NCBI GenBank assembly: GCA_047495785.1
Contig: JBLDXI010000024.1
Coordinates: forward strand, 1,426,001-1,490,000
Length of the DNA stretch: 64,000 nucleotides
DNA from: Lepidodermella squamata
Lineage: Eukaryota > Animalia > Gastrotricha
Reading direction: 5' to 3'
The notes under the pieces are model-generated. The model was not told the origin of the DNA, did not search any database, and saw nothing but the letters and a program-made list of their open reading frames with translations. Positions 6,586-18,906 of this stretch are shown piece after piece (positions within the stretch are counted from its first letter, which is position 1; each line of letters begins with the position of its first letter). A program made the position numbers and the translations under genes.

Positions 6586-9429
6586 ATGCGTCGCTTCACC
6601 TGCAACTTGAAATTTATTTGCTGTATATCCTTGTCGTGCTGTACTGTCCTGCTGGTTTGGTGCAATTTAGGGTTGCGATGTTTACCGGCTGGTGATCGCC
6701 AAGCCTGCCAGGTAAATGACTTTTCTGTTTTTGCCAGGTAATTAAATCTAATTGTGGCTTGTCATTTCGTCTATAGAGCGACGCAAAAATAACTGAAGAG
6801 AATCAGCTGAGGCGACGACAAGTCAGAGAAACTTGCGACTTGCTAGCAAATAGGCCGAACCCGCCTCTCAAAAGTCTTGATTGGGAGTATTTCCGGAATA
6901 GTCGCCATCGTCGGCACAGGTCTGCTTGTCATAATTTCTGTTGCTCATTTCTTATTTCATTCTTCTCCTCGTCCATTCAATTAGTGGTCATGCGAATTGG
7001 TGGTTTTATCTTTTCGTTAACGAAAAATACAAATTCGTTTATTGCGCGTAAGGCCTGATAAATAAAAACCTCCTTTCTTAATCTCTAATCAAATGCAAGC
7101 ACCCCGAAAAATGGGAATACAAACGTTCGCGACTATATCAAGCACCTCAACCAGCATCCAGACTGGGAAACATACGAGTACAATCGTTCATTGACGGGAG
7201 GCTTTTTTAAATCTGCGCCGCATTCCCGACGCCTGGAAGAATACGAGCCTGAAGAGGCAAAGAGGATAATGGCTGAATACACTAAATTCGCATTTCTTCG
7301 AGAACCTGTCGAACGGTTAATATCAGCGTGGCGCGAAAGATTGTCTACAACTGAATCGGAAGGCTTCCTGAGGGATTATTACACGGTAAAAATTGTGCTT
7401 TTTTTAATATTTGAGATTTATCTTTTGATGATTTCTTCTCGTTAGAAGCTATAGCAAAATTCGGAATTTTTATTTCTTGTGGGTGGTTACCATCGTAATT
7501 ACAGGGTAAAAAAAAACAATTTTAAACCTTGAATTACTTACGTCGCATTTACACAATCGCCTAACTGAAACACGTAGCCCATATTTTAAATTATGAGCTC
7601 AAAATGAGTGTGTGTAGCGCAATAAATCCGCAGCGCATTTTGAACGAACGCAGCCCAAATTACGCAAGCTGCAGATTATAATGGATGCAGCGCAAATCAA
7701 GAAGTGCGTAGCACGAGAAAGTAACACGTTTAGACGAACACTTTTTCCAACTTTTCAAAACAAATCACTTGGTGGAACAACTTTTGCATTTGCAAGCTGC
7801 TGAGCGACACCAGCACTGTCGACCTTGGGAAACTGATTTACAGCCCGAAGAACAGCTGCATTTCACGCCTTTTTTCTTCGCGGCCGGCTCTTCATAGCAA
7901 GATCCCGCCAGCACATCATCATCATCATCATCACTCGTCAGGGGCAACGGCTGGAGCTACGGGAGCTACTACGACTACCGTTGACCGGTAATTTTTCTGC
8001 GGCCGGTGTACAGCTCAAGGACGACGGTGTGAGAATCGGTCACTTTCGCCGACATGACGACGTTCGATGTCGTTTGTCTCAAGAGTATAGCGAACTTGTG
8101 GCTGAGTTGCGTTCATTATCTCCCTAAGACCTGCCCTACACCGCCGGTAACGGCCGCCATTTAGGCAATAATACGTCGTAACCAGCCCAGCTTTTCTCTC
8201 AAAATGGTGCTTCTCGTGGCACCATTTTTCGGAATTGGCCGCCTCCGCGAGTTCCCTCATCTTTTGCTCGCAGCCATGGATTCGAACTGGCCAATGGCCA
8301 CCCAAACAAATTTATTCTTTTTGTAAGCTAATGTCTCCTCGTCTGGATGCTCGCCTTCCTCCCCGGAACCATTGTCCTCATCGAAACCATTTCAACCAGC
8401 GTATTTTTCTATTCATAGTCATCATCAGCCTCAAAGCCAGGCTTGATCCTCATGGATTGTTTGAACATGCTTTCTCTTAGCAATTAAAGCATATAGTTCT
8501 ATACAATATGGACAATATGCGTTGACATTCGACGCAATGACGTCAAGGTCAAGTTGGGAGTATCTTGGGGGGTTTTGTGTCCATAATCATCATCACTACG
8601 AGTAACAAGCTTCAGCATGAATATGAAGTTCTCGCGCGAAGAATGCGATGGGAATAATGTTTATGCGCTGCTCAGGCTATGCGCGGCACTTAGAAAAAGG
8701 TGTAAATTTTTCATTTTTGACGCATTTACCAATGCGGCTTATAGCAAGAAAAGTATGCATCGGGGATGAAAACGGACCATCACCAGCAGATGCCTCTTAT
8801 AAAACTGCAGTAGGAATTAGGAAATGATGAAAAGCCATTTTCCTTAAACCACACCTAACCAAACTTATTTGCACACTGGCGAAAGTTTTAAAGAAGGGCT
8901 TAGCCCACGGTTTTCACTTGTGACGGCTATTTTGATTTAACTCTAAATTCATGAATAATTAATAGGTAAATTTCAATTATGTTCAGTTTATGTTCAGTAT
9001 TTAAAATCAACTGTTGTTATGTAGAAAATTGGGAGCCGCATAATTCGGGATTATCGCCCAAATGCTACGCAGGACGAGATACGTGCCGGTTTGCGTGTTA
9101 CATTCGACGAATTTTTGCAGTTCCTACTGGGCGAGAAAAATTCGACGCGCGACCTCGACCTTCATTGGCGACCGCAGTTGCATGTCTGCAACTTTTGTGC
9201 TATTGATTACGATTTCATTGGCTTATTTGAAAACTTCAACTGCGAGCTGGAACACTTCGCGCGACGCGTCACTGGCCGAAAAAAAGTCCCTCGTCTGCCC
9301 GGACCGAAACACAAACACGATGTGCCATATTTGTCGAGAACAACTTATGACAAGAATTTATTGAGTCGAGTGATTGATCTTCATTACTCCTGGGACTATC
9401 TCATGTTTCCATATCCACGACCTATTTAA
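6586..9429 (+). CDS. Carbohydrate sulfotransferase (Sulfotransfer_2, CHST8-14-like), multi-exon; copy 1
   Basis: Type II anchor exon 6586-6711; FVNEKYKFVYC; 5'-PSB PKNGNTN; 3'-PB FLREPVERLISAW; last exon DLHWRPQLHVCNFCAIDYDFIGLFE...YSWDYLMFPY. Confidence 0.88.
7500..8975 (-). mobile_element. Decayed DNA-transposon-like insertion in a sulfotransferase intron (boundaries approximate)
   Basis: This intron is ~1.6 kb versus ~0.2 kb in the paralogue. It contains stop-interrupted minus-strand coding remnants: YYCLNGGRYRRCRAG and a terminal KCSCSSGCKS..RQCWCR..C.CKSC cluster like those ending some transposase/integrase proteins. No TIR or TSD found. Confidence 0.45.
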
Positions 9430-9629
9430 TTTTGGTTTATTGGCCTATGCTTTATCCATATTTTATCATGATTTCATTTTGTTATTGACTGCTTTAATTA
9501 TATACCGTATTTTACCAATTATTAAGCAGGTCCGAAATACAGTGTATAGGGCATATCCGGAATAAAGGGCTGAGAGTTATAGAAAATTTTCGACCGAAGA
9601 AAAATAAGGGCTCAAATTTCTCTCACCTC

Positions 9630-11526
9630 AATTCAGAAGAGTCGACGGCGAAAGCAAACGATTTTAACAACTACTTCGCAGATCTTGGTAGAAAAACCGC
9701 TGAGTCCATCGATACTCCTCAAAATATCGATAGGAATTATTCAACCGATCATCACTTTCATTTTGGCAATATTTCAGTTGCCATCGTCAAAGAATGCCTT
9801 AGCAAGTTACCGCCTCGAAAGCCTACAACAGCATCGGATGGTATTCCCGAATGCGTACTGAAAATAGCGTCTGACTTTCTCGCTCCTCATCTAGCTTTAA
9901 TTTTCAACAAGGTCATTGAAGAAAGGAAAATTCCGGAAATATGGAAAAAGGCGACTGTTACGCCCTTGTACAAAGATGGCTCTAAAGACATAGTAGGAAA
10001 TTATCGGCCGATATCCATTTTATCTCCTGTTTTTCGCACATTCGAACGTTGTCTTTCATTTCAAATTAAGGCTTATCTACGTAAGATTCAGTTCATTTCA
10101 CCCTCTCAGTTCGGTTTTAGGAAAAATCACTCAACCGAGACTTGTCTTGCGAAAATGACAAATGATTGGCGCTGTGCTATTGATAAGGGCTTCACGACGG
10201 TTGTAGTCAGCATTGACATGAGCAAGGCCTTTGATACTCTCAGCATGACCGGTATTTTGTCCTCCTTGCGCAGTGCGGGTTTTGATGAAGCGGCAATCGA
10301 GATTTTAACTAGTTATCTTACGGATCGCAAGCAAATTACCAAAATTAATGGACAATTTTCTCAGACTGCAAGCTTAGAATTCGGAGTACCTCAGGGTTCC
10401 GTCTTGGGCCCTTTATTATTTACGATCTACGTTAATGAACTGCCTCTGACATCACTCAAGTCTACTGTTATTCAATATGCAGACGACACCACCATTTATT
10501 TCTCGGCTAAAAATGTGACTGAAATTGAAAGCGTTCTTCAAAAAGACCTTGACAATCTCGTACTATGGCTAGGTTCTAACTGTCTCAAAGATAACGGCAA
10601 AAAATCCCAGCTAATGATCGTTACACTGAAATCAATTGGCAAAATTAATATTACTATAGGCGGGGTCTCAATTGAACAGACAGATTCGATTTGTTTATTA
10701 GGCTTCACTTTAGACGAAAAACTGCTCTGCAAGGAACACATCGAGAAAGCTTGCTCTAAGGCTCGAAAAGGTATTTATGCGCTTCAATTAGCGGCAAAGA
10801 ATGGCTTGAATAGGGACTGCCTGAAATCAATGGCAAATGGCTTGATTTTTTCGCACTTACAGTACTGCGATATTATTCTAAATGAAGCCTGTCCGACTTC
10901 TCTTCAAAAACTACAATCTTTGCAGGATAAGGCTGTCAGAATTGTCATAAATGCGCCGGATTGTGCCGACCCTTCTCCTCTACGCGACGAGCTTCAGGGC
11001 AAGCGAAACGTGCACATTGCCACCTTAATGTACAGATGTCTTGCTGGTGATGCACCCGATGTTATGAAATCTATTTTTGTTCCTAATCCTCCATCTTCTA
11101 CTCGTTCTTCACGTCTCAGCTTCAAAATTCCTACTATGAGACTTGACTACGGCCAGGCCTCTCTTAGTTACGCAGGGCCTCTCTTGTTTAACAATTTACC
11201 ACTCCACTTTCATTGTCCTCATCATCGCCCAGTTGATATTACTTCCTATACTAGCCTTTCCTCACGATGCGATTGCGGCTTCAAAATCTGTTACAATGCT
11301 CACTCTTGCCGACAACTTGTTTACAATTTTCTGTTGACTAAACCTAAGCTCAAATCATATAGATGCTAAATTTTGTACATCTTTTGTTTTGTTATTATCA
11401 AACTTTGAAACGGATTGAAACATGACTCGAATTTTCTGCCACTTTTATACCACTTGAAACTTTTTGTTATCGTGCTCTCAACTTTGGGATTTATGCACTT
11501 AAATAAAAATAAATAAATAAATAAAT
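9630..11526 (+). mobile_element. 5'-truncated non-LTR retrotransposon (CR1/L2-like LINE), reverse transcriptase
   Basis: Frame open from ~9630 (ANDFNNYF...DGIP...IPEIWKKATVTPLYK) into ORF 9966-11369 with NYRPIS, QFGFR, DMSKAFD, GVPQGSVLGPLLF, YADD. (TAAA)n tail at 11500-11526. No endonuclease domain. Confidence 0.92.
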
Positions 11527-12568
11527 GGTCATTTGAAATAATAAAGGGCAGAACCGTATTAATAGGCAGGGCCTTGTATGACGTGGCTTGCATGAGCGCC
11601 TCCTAAATAACGATGAAAAATGAAAAAGCCATTGAAGGTTAGTCAAATTGGTTGAAATCGCCCTGTTGATGTGAAGTGAACGTTGTTTCGGTGCGCTATT
11701 AGTGAGGAGGGGGTAAGCGAGCAATTTGCTAGGGTAGTATCTGCTAGGGTGGATAGGGAAATATTGACCACTTTTCGCAGAGTCTTATAACGATGATAGA
11801 TAGAGACACTCGCGACAGACGGAAAAACGATTGCAGCAAGGTGGACATTTTTAGCGAACAAAATCAGACGTTTGTATGGAGCCGCCGGGTCTTGGTACGC
11901 ACGTCTCTTAATAATGAGCTATACTTCCGAGAGCATTTTCGTTATTAGATGTTTGCGCTGCTAATAGGCCTTGAATATTGAAAGAAAGCTGGCAAATTAG
12001 CCATCACGAATTTGAGTTGGCATTCTTTAAGTTCCGCCATTTTGAACTTTCTGTAATTTGAAAATCATCTCTCTATCCATTTCTCTATGCGCCGTGATGT
12101 TCATTTAGCACGCAAATTACGAAAAGATTCATCTTTTCTCTGATGCAGGTGGCTGCAGTGATGCCGTAGAAAAACACGCGGCGCTAGCTATACCCCGGCT
12201 TTTGGAGGTGTAAAATGAACAAATCGATACATATAGTATCATATTTTTCAAAAAGGGGCTGAAATCTTGGCAATTATTTGGATGCGGCGTTCAACCTCCC
12301 GGTGATTCTCCTCAGGTATGTGATTAAAAATAAGATCATCACGCATTTGAGTTTACGTTTCGCATTCAAGTTGCCCTGATCGATTATTGCAGCAAACATA
12401 GCACCCATCCGTACTTCTCCGTGGGCAAGGATGTAATGTTCTTCTAGTTCCTGCGCGAAATTATTGGGCACTAGACGGGCGAATATCCGTGAGAATTCCT
12501 GCTAATTACCTATGGTTCGATTCTATATTAACTGACATCAAACCTTGTATTTTCAGTCACTGTCAAAA

Positions 12569-15163
12569 ATGACTTTCTCGAAGGTTTCCATACTTGTAAT
12601 CGCACTCACTAGCTTCGTCAATGGTCAAATTATTAAGAAATACAACATTTCAATGCTGCAGATGTTTCCCATTAATCATATAGGATGCCCGCCAGCTGTG
12701 AAAATCGCAATCGACAATGCCAACAACCGTACTGATGTACTGCCTGACTATAACATCGTACAGGACTATCGCGATGAAGAAGGCTTCGCGGTAGGCTACG
12801 CGCCAGTCCGCGAACTCGTGAGATACGGCCGAGCGTGGGAAAACAGGCCCAATGACGGTCTCGTTCGCTCACCGATTTTTCTCGGACCGTTCATATCCGT
12901 CGGCTGCAAACCCTACGGGAAGCCGCTGAAATATTTCAACATGGTTGGACTTGCTATTGCATGCACAGCGCCTTTTCTCGCTGATCATATGACCTATCCG
13001 AATCTCTACAGTGTTCAGTCAAACGGAGAGCTGAACGCTATATCTCTGGTTCATTTCTTTAAAGACGTTGGAAAGTGGTCGACTATAGGGATCCTAACGA
13101 TCGCCAGCTCTCCAAGCGACTATATATCAGCAACATACGTCAACAGATACGCCTTGGAAAGTGGCATTGAAGTTCCAACTTTTAACATTGTCTTGGACAT
13201 AACCGACGATGCCATCAACACGCTTCTATTTCATGACGTTCGAGTCATTGTTGTCTACATCACCAACGAGACTCTGTTGTGGCGTTTTCTCTGCAAAGCT
13301 TATTTCGCTGGAATCACCGGTGCGCGATATATTTTCTTCATGTCAAACTCTTTGGCAGCGGAACCAAACAACATCAGGCCAGAAAACTTACTGGATAGTT
13401 GGTGCACAAGAGAAATCGTGCGAATACAGTTTAATTTCGCTTTGTTTGTCGGGCCGATAACTCAGGTCATGGATGATAGCAGAGTTAGCGAGTTGGGTTA
13501 CAATACTACGTATTTCGAGGAGAAAATGTTCGAAATTTTGAAGAGACCTCGCTCTGCAACTAAAGGATCGTTGAAATATGTCTGCCATGATGCTACCATG
13601 ATGGGGATATACGCCATGCATGATGCCGACAATCGGCTGAAGCGCGAATTCAACATGTCGCTGAGAGACATGAACACAAATCCCGAAGTCGTAATGAAAG
13701 TCGTGAATCAATCCGTATTGACTGTGAACATCTCTGGCCTGAGAGGTCAACTTTTTTTCAGCAAGCGAGGATACGCCGAAAATGATTTGATTATTTACTC
13801 CTACTATGATCCTGAAGGATATCGCAATAAGTTTTCTTCAGTTGAGGTGGATACAAGCCGTAACTACATGTTCTATGGTCGGTATAAAATTTCTTCTCTC
13901 GAGCCGATGGATTGGGCTGCTTGGAAGAATGGCGGCAAACCCCCCAGAGATTCAGCATTTTTAATTTCCTACATTCAAGACATTTCTTCCGGTATATCAC
14001 TGTCAGTAATAGTGATTGCGAGTATTTCGTCAGCAATCACTCTGCTAATGCTACTATTTACTGTCAAGAACAAAAGAAATCCTGAGTTGGTCATTTCCAG
14101 CAGCCTAAAAATCGTAGGCTTCGGAGGCTGTATTTTGCTTAATGGGGCCGGAATCGCTTATTCATCGAAAACTAGTGTATCTAGTTTCTCCATTGCTATC
14201 ATCCGGCTTAGCCTAGTTGTTGCTTCAATGTCCCTCCTAACGGGAGTGGTGTCTTTCCGGGCATTCTTTCTAGCGCGTAAACTTCCGCCTCCACCGAAAC
14301 GAGTGAAAGTTCATCAGGATGGAAAAACAGTTAACATGATCACTGTTAACAATTCTAATCCACGACTCAGTATTGTTGTACCGACCAGAGGAATAGAAGT
14401 CTCGAATCCCACATCAGGAAGCCCAGTACCACCTAAGGAACACAAATCATTGGCGCGATCCCCTTCTAACACCTCGCACATTAAATTGGTTGCATCAACT
14501 TCAAATCAGCCCTTAATAGCTCCGACTGGCGAAAGGAAACTATCCACCACAAATTTAGGAACACATCTGCCAGTCACTCGAACAACGTCAAATCAAAGCC
14601 AGCAATTTTCTGCTAACATGCAAATGACCCACCGCCACACCGTTATGCTAACAGAATTCGAAGACGGAATCCAAAAAAATACACTAGTTTCTACAGTTGG
14701 TTTCATGGTCATCAATGGTTTTCTGCTTGCGGTTTGGCTACTTTTCGATTCATTCAGTTGTCAAACAATCACCGCCCCTCGTGCCAAAAATTATGACCCA
14801 AATAATGACACAAACTACGACATCTCTGTCGTGACTTGCTCATCGGCCAATGGAATCTTCTGGATGATGGCTCTCGCGCTTTTACACGTTGTAGTCCTAG
14901 CTTTTTGCACATTCCTAGGCTACAGGGTCAAACAACGCTTGAAACTGCTTCACGGTCATTGCTGCCGTGAAATGGGTGGAATATTACTCGGCCCGCTGAA
15001 TGCACTCTCGCTGCTGCTCTGCTCGATTATGATCGTCTTCATTTTAAAAGATGAAATTCGCCAACACACTGCCGTCGCATTCGCGGCTTTGCTTATTTCA
15101 CTGACGACGAGCGTCAGCCTAGGATACTCAACACTGAAGGTCGCGTTCGAAAGGCGCGGCTGA
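12569..15163 (+). CDS. Class C GPCR, GABA-B-receptor-like (Venus flytrap + 7TM), single coding exon
   Basis: Signal peptide MTFSKVSILVIALTSFVNG; PPAVKIAIDNANNRTDVLPDYNI; LADHMTYPNLY; HDA; ISGLRGQLFF; WKNGGKPPRD directly before TM1 with no Cys-rich domain, as in GABA-B; seven hydrophobic segments. Confidence 0.88.
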   Translation: MTFSKVSILVIALTSFVNGQIIKKYNISMLQMFPINHIGCPPAVKIAIDNANNRTDVLPDYNIVQDYRDEEGFAVGYAPVRELVRYGRAWENRPNDGLVRSPIFLGPFISVGCKPYGKPLKYFNMVGLAIACTAPFLADHMTYPNLYSVQSNGELNAISLVHFFKDVGKWSTIGILTIASSPSDYISATYVNRYALESGIEVPTFNIVLDITDDAINTLLFHDVRVIVVYITNETLLWRFLCKAYFAGITGARYIFFMSNSLAAEPNNIRPENLLDSWCTREIVRIQFNFALFVGPITQVMDDSRVSELGYNTTYFEEKMFEILKRPRSATKGSLKYVCHDATMMGIYAMHDADNRLKREFNMSLRDMNTNPEVVMKVVNQSVLTVNISGLRGQLFFSKRGYAENDLIIYSYYDPEGYRNKFSSVEVDTSRNYMFYGRYKISSLEPMDWAAWKNGGKPPRDSAFLISYIQDISSGISLSVIVIASISSAITLLMLLFTVKNKRNPELVISSSLKIVGFGGCILLNGAGIAYSSKTSVSSFSIAIIRLSLVVASMSLLTGVVSFRAFFLARKLPPPPKRVKVHQDGKTVNMITVNNSNPRLSIVVPTRGIEVSNPTSGSPVPPKEHKSLARSPSNTSHIKLVASTSNQPLIAPTGERKLSTTNLGTHLPVTRTTSNQSQQFSANMQMTHRHTVMLTEFEDGIQKNTLVSTVGFMVINGFLLAVWLLFDSFSCQTITAPRAKNYDPNNDTNYDISVVTCSSANGIFWMMALALLHVVVLAFCTFLGYRVKQRLKLLHGHCCREMGGILLGPLNALSLLLCSIMIVFILKDEIRQHTAVAFAALLISLTTSVSLGYSTLKVAFERRG

Positions 15164-16595
15164 GACGCCCCTGATTAGCTGAAATACTAGCTTCGCATTG
15201 AGAGTTATTTTCGAAGCTGTCTCTAAGTTATAGCTTCATTATAAAGACGGCTTGCTTTTCGAAGACGTAATGTGATATGTGATGTTGCGTGCATGTTAGT
15301 AATCGAATAAAATTTTAGCTGGCATGCACAAGTTCGTGGAATAACCCTAGAAAGTCGGGCGTATAAGCTGCCTAACCAAGAATGACACAGGCAATTTGTA
15401 CTAGTGATACCTTCTATTTACAGCTGACAACATGCAACATGCAATCATTTCGATGTCTTATATTCAAGTTTAACATAAGACCTGGACCTTACCGCGTGTC
15501 GCCAAAAAAGAACAAAATGCGCAGTTTCTTTGCCGACCAGATGAAAAATACTATAAATCCTGACGTGCATTTCACCGAAATAAAATGGCCGTGTTCAACT
15601 TGAATGATCAATTGTTTACGGTTTAGGCCATCGCATTCCTTGATGATATTGGAAACAAAGAACGAGGGCCGGTTAGTAGGTAAAGTCCACCCCAGGTGTA
15701 AAAGAGTTCAATAATAATTTTAATAATCAAGAAATGATATATGCCCTAGAAAAAATCCGGGCGTGGCAAAATGCTAAGGTATTGGGTACGCAATTTTGAA
15801 AAATTAGTACTATTTCACGTTAAAACTTGACACCGGTCACATGACTGAAAACTCATCAAAGTCATGAGCCTTCGATTTCTGTGACAAAAAATGATTAAAT
15901 GATTGAAAAATGAATGGTAGACTGGGATGTACAGCTAATTTTTTTCGAATTTCAAAATAAAAAATTAATTGATGTTAAGGTCAAATGACTCCGAAAAACT
16001 CAGAATTCAATGAAAAACCTGCGATTTTTACAATTCTGTTTTTTCTCTTTTTGACCCCCTGACTTCCTAATTTTTTCTCGAATATATATATAATTCTTCT
16101 GGTGGATACGCTCCTTTTGATCTAAAAATAAATTAGGAACTCGAGTCTGCTGTGCCCCTAATATGTAATCGCTCAAAGTGTTTGTAAATGCACTTTTTAT
16201 GGCATTTATGCGTTTTCGGTCACTTATGACGAATTTTGTCACTTTATCCAAGAAGTAGTCTGACCAAACTGCCGACCATATATTTGTACGCAGCATATCC
16301 CGGGCTGTCTAGCGATATTATTTTATTCAATTTTTCTCTGCAGGCCAACATTAGGCTATAACCAACCGTCGTTCTTTATTGCGTCAGATTTTTTCGATTT
16401 TTTTATATAGATAGATTAATAAAAAATAGCATCGACCGACTTGCATTTCTTGCAGTTTTTCCTAGTTTTTCGATCAGCATTGCATCCCTGGGAAGCACCG
16501 ACGGCGATGTTACCTGTCAATCTTATAGGCTAGCCAGCTTGCACAACATAAATCAGAATTATACGGGATTTCAAGCTGGATTTTTCTTAAATATT

Positions 16596-18535
16596 ATGAC
16601 AAAGAAATGTTGCGCTGTACTTTCCATCGTAGCAATAAGCTGGTTGATCATCATACATTTAGCTCTCGATCTATCCTATACATCTTCAATTTACATTAAA
16701 GTTACATCGATAACAGTCAACGTAAGTGGATCGGCAGTGAAAAGCGATGAACTATATCTTCCGCCGTCTGATTTGGCTGACGTGTTTGCAGTAAGGCGGA
16801 AATTAGCTAAGGAAGGCTGCTATAAGGGCTATGGCCACTTTTTCGGGCTCAATGTTAGCGAGTACAATCGAACACCGGTTGTAAGCAATAACAAACAACT
16901 AGCGCCGACAATTGTCGGCCGCCAAGCTCTTGATACCATCCTAATAGCCGAAAAATTCAAGATTCTATTCTGCCCAATAGCTAAAGTTGGCTCGTCAAGT
17001 TGGAAGCGATTTCTTTTCTTCATATCCGGCTGCTATCCAAACGCGACTCGACCGGATGAAATTCCACAGGAGTGGGTTCACGAGTATTTCTTCACCCATG
17101 CTAATCCTTACTGTGGGATCAAGCGATTGAAGGATATTGAACAGTCGAAGCGAGGCGAAATTTTTAGGACTTACAAAAAGGCGGTGTTTGTTCGAGAGCC
17201 ATTAATGCGAATCACTTCAGCTTGGCACTCGAAACTTGCTCCAAAGGTCAGAAATCAGTACTATGCAGAGGTAAGATTCAGATAAAACCTAGCTTTCGTC
17301 ATGGTCTGTATTTCTCATATAAGGATGTTGGATCGAGAATAATCAAGAGATATCGCGTGAATGCGACTCGAGCCGAAGTTAGCGTGGGATATCCTGTTAA
17401 GCTGGAGGAATTCGTCCAGTTTTTGCTTCGGGAAACTCACCCATTTTTGGCTGCTGATCCCCATTGTGAGTTCCAACAAAGAAATCATATTTAAGCCGAA
17501 ACTTTGAATAAGTTGATGGTCACTTTCTGCTTCCCATGAATTATAAGAAAATTTGAGTTTTCAGTCTCGAAAATTGAATTTCAGTATTCCAGCTTTATAT
17601 TTGAGGTTCAAGCGCTAGATTTCTCCAGAATAATTTTTATTATGCCGGACAATGCGAAGAACAAACCGAACGTATTACGTCATCGAAGGATCTATTTAAA
17701 AATCAGTGATTTTCTCGAGATAAGTTCAATGGTACCAATAAGTTGAATAAAATTCCCTGGTCATCGATGATATCAATTTCGAGGAAAATTGCACAAATTC
17801 GGAAAATTTTTATTACAGTTTAGGGGTACGCAATTTTATTATTATACAGCGTGTCCCAAACTTTACGCACCTATTATGTAATTTGGCAACCTTATTGTAG
17901 GAAATTCAACTAAATTAAACCTACCGAACAAAAAAATCTAATTTTTATCCTCGATTCAACCGAAGAAATAAAAAATTTATCGGAATTTATCGGAAAACCC
18001 GGGGGAAACCTCAATGATAACTGGTTCGGTAATTTTCGGTATTTTACCCGGCTGGACCACATTTCTTCGGACTCTTTTAGTGCTATTAACAACATACATG
18101 ATTACTATTCTTGTGATTTTTTGAATTTTTCTAAATTTTTTCCGGGCATGAAAAACTCATTTTAGAGTTTCTAAACCCTTTTCCGTGTATTTTCTTTGCT
18201 TGCGTTAATTTTGGGACACGCCGTACATATTACACATTAATACCTTTTTTATTATAGGGTTACCCTACCACATGGCGTGCGCACCGTGCACCTTGGACTA
18301 CGACTACATCGGGCATTTCGAAAACATGCCGGAAGAAGCTCGATACATAAGCTATAACCTTTTCGGCTACGACGCCGCAAAGGCCTACTTTCAAACTCAC
18401 GGAAACCTCCGGTCTAAATTCGATCGCCACCTTAACGATGAGCTGGAAAAACTCCCAGAGTCGGACAGAACTTCGCTGATAGAACATATTTCTCTCGACT
18501 ACGACATATTTGGTTATTCAAAACCTTCGCCGTAA
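16596..18535 (+). CDS. Carbohydrate sulfotransferase (Sulfotransfer_2); copy 2
   Basis: Exons 16596-17270, 17324-17465, 18258-18535. Motifs LFCPIAKVGSSSWKR, FVREPLMRITSAW, DPHWLP..MACAPCTLDYDYIGHFE, DYDIFGY. Confidence 0.9.
17847..18223. mobile_element. Tc1/mariner-type MITE, family A, copy 1
   Basis: TA|CAGCGTGTCCCAAA...TTTGGGACACGCCG|TA; internal sequence shared with copies at 28345, 45937 and 55924. Confidence 0.85.
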
Positions 18536-18906
18536 TGATGATTTGTCTTCTATTAGGACTGATGACAAATTAAAGATGAGTAATAGCTAGATGAACTCAC
18601 GTGGCGTGATCAACTTATTTGTTCGAGGCACGGCGTTTAGAGTGTGCGGTGAACAATGCCCATCGTTGTGTTTACCTAGCAATTTAGCGTGCTCGAACAC
18701 CTTCCGCGCCACTGACCGAGTCATCGCAATAAAAATCATACATTACTTTTCTCGCATCGGCTGTTTATTCACCGGCTGTAGGTCAAGTACTTGAAGGCGC
18801 CTCAAGTACCATTCATTTTTTGGCTTCGTTTAGTAATCACACGACACGCCGCGTCCCAGAACCCAGAACAAAAAATTGTTGAGTAAATACATCTAAAGGT
18901 ATATTT

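Noticed and set aside
6429-6741. ORFs 6429-6695 and 6436-6741 as genes
   Set aside because: They are read-throughs of the terminal repeats; only the part from ATG 6586 matches the paralogous sulfotransferase.
9522-9615. TACCGTA-type (pogo-like) MITE end before the LINE; similar starts near 21385 and 50630
   Set aside because: No matching opposite TIR could be located, so boundaries are unsupported.
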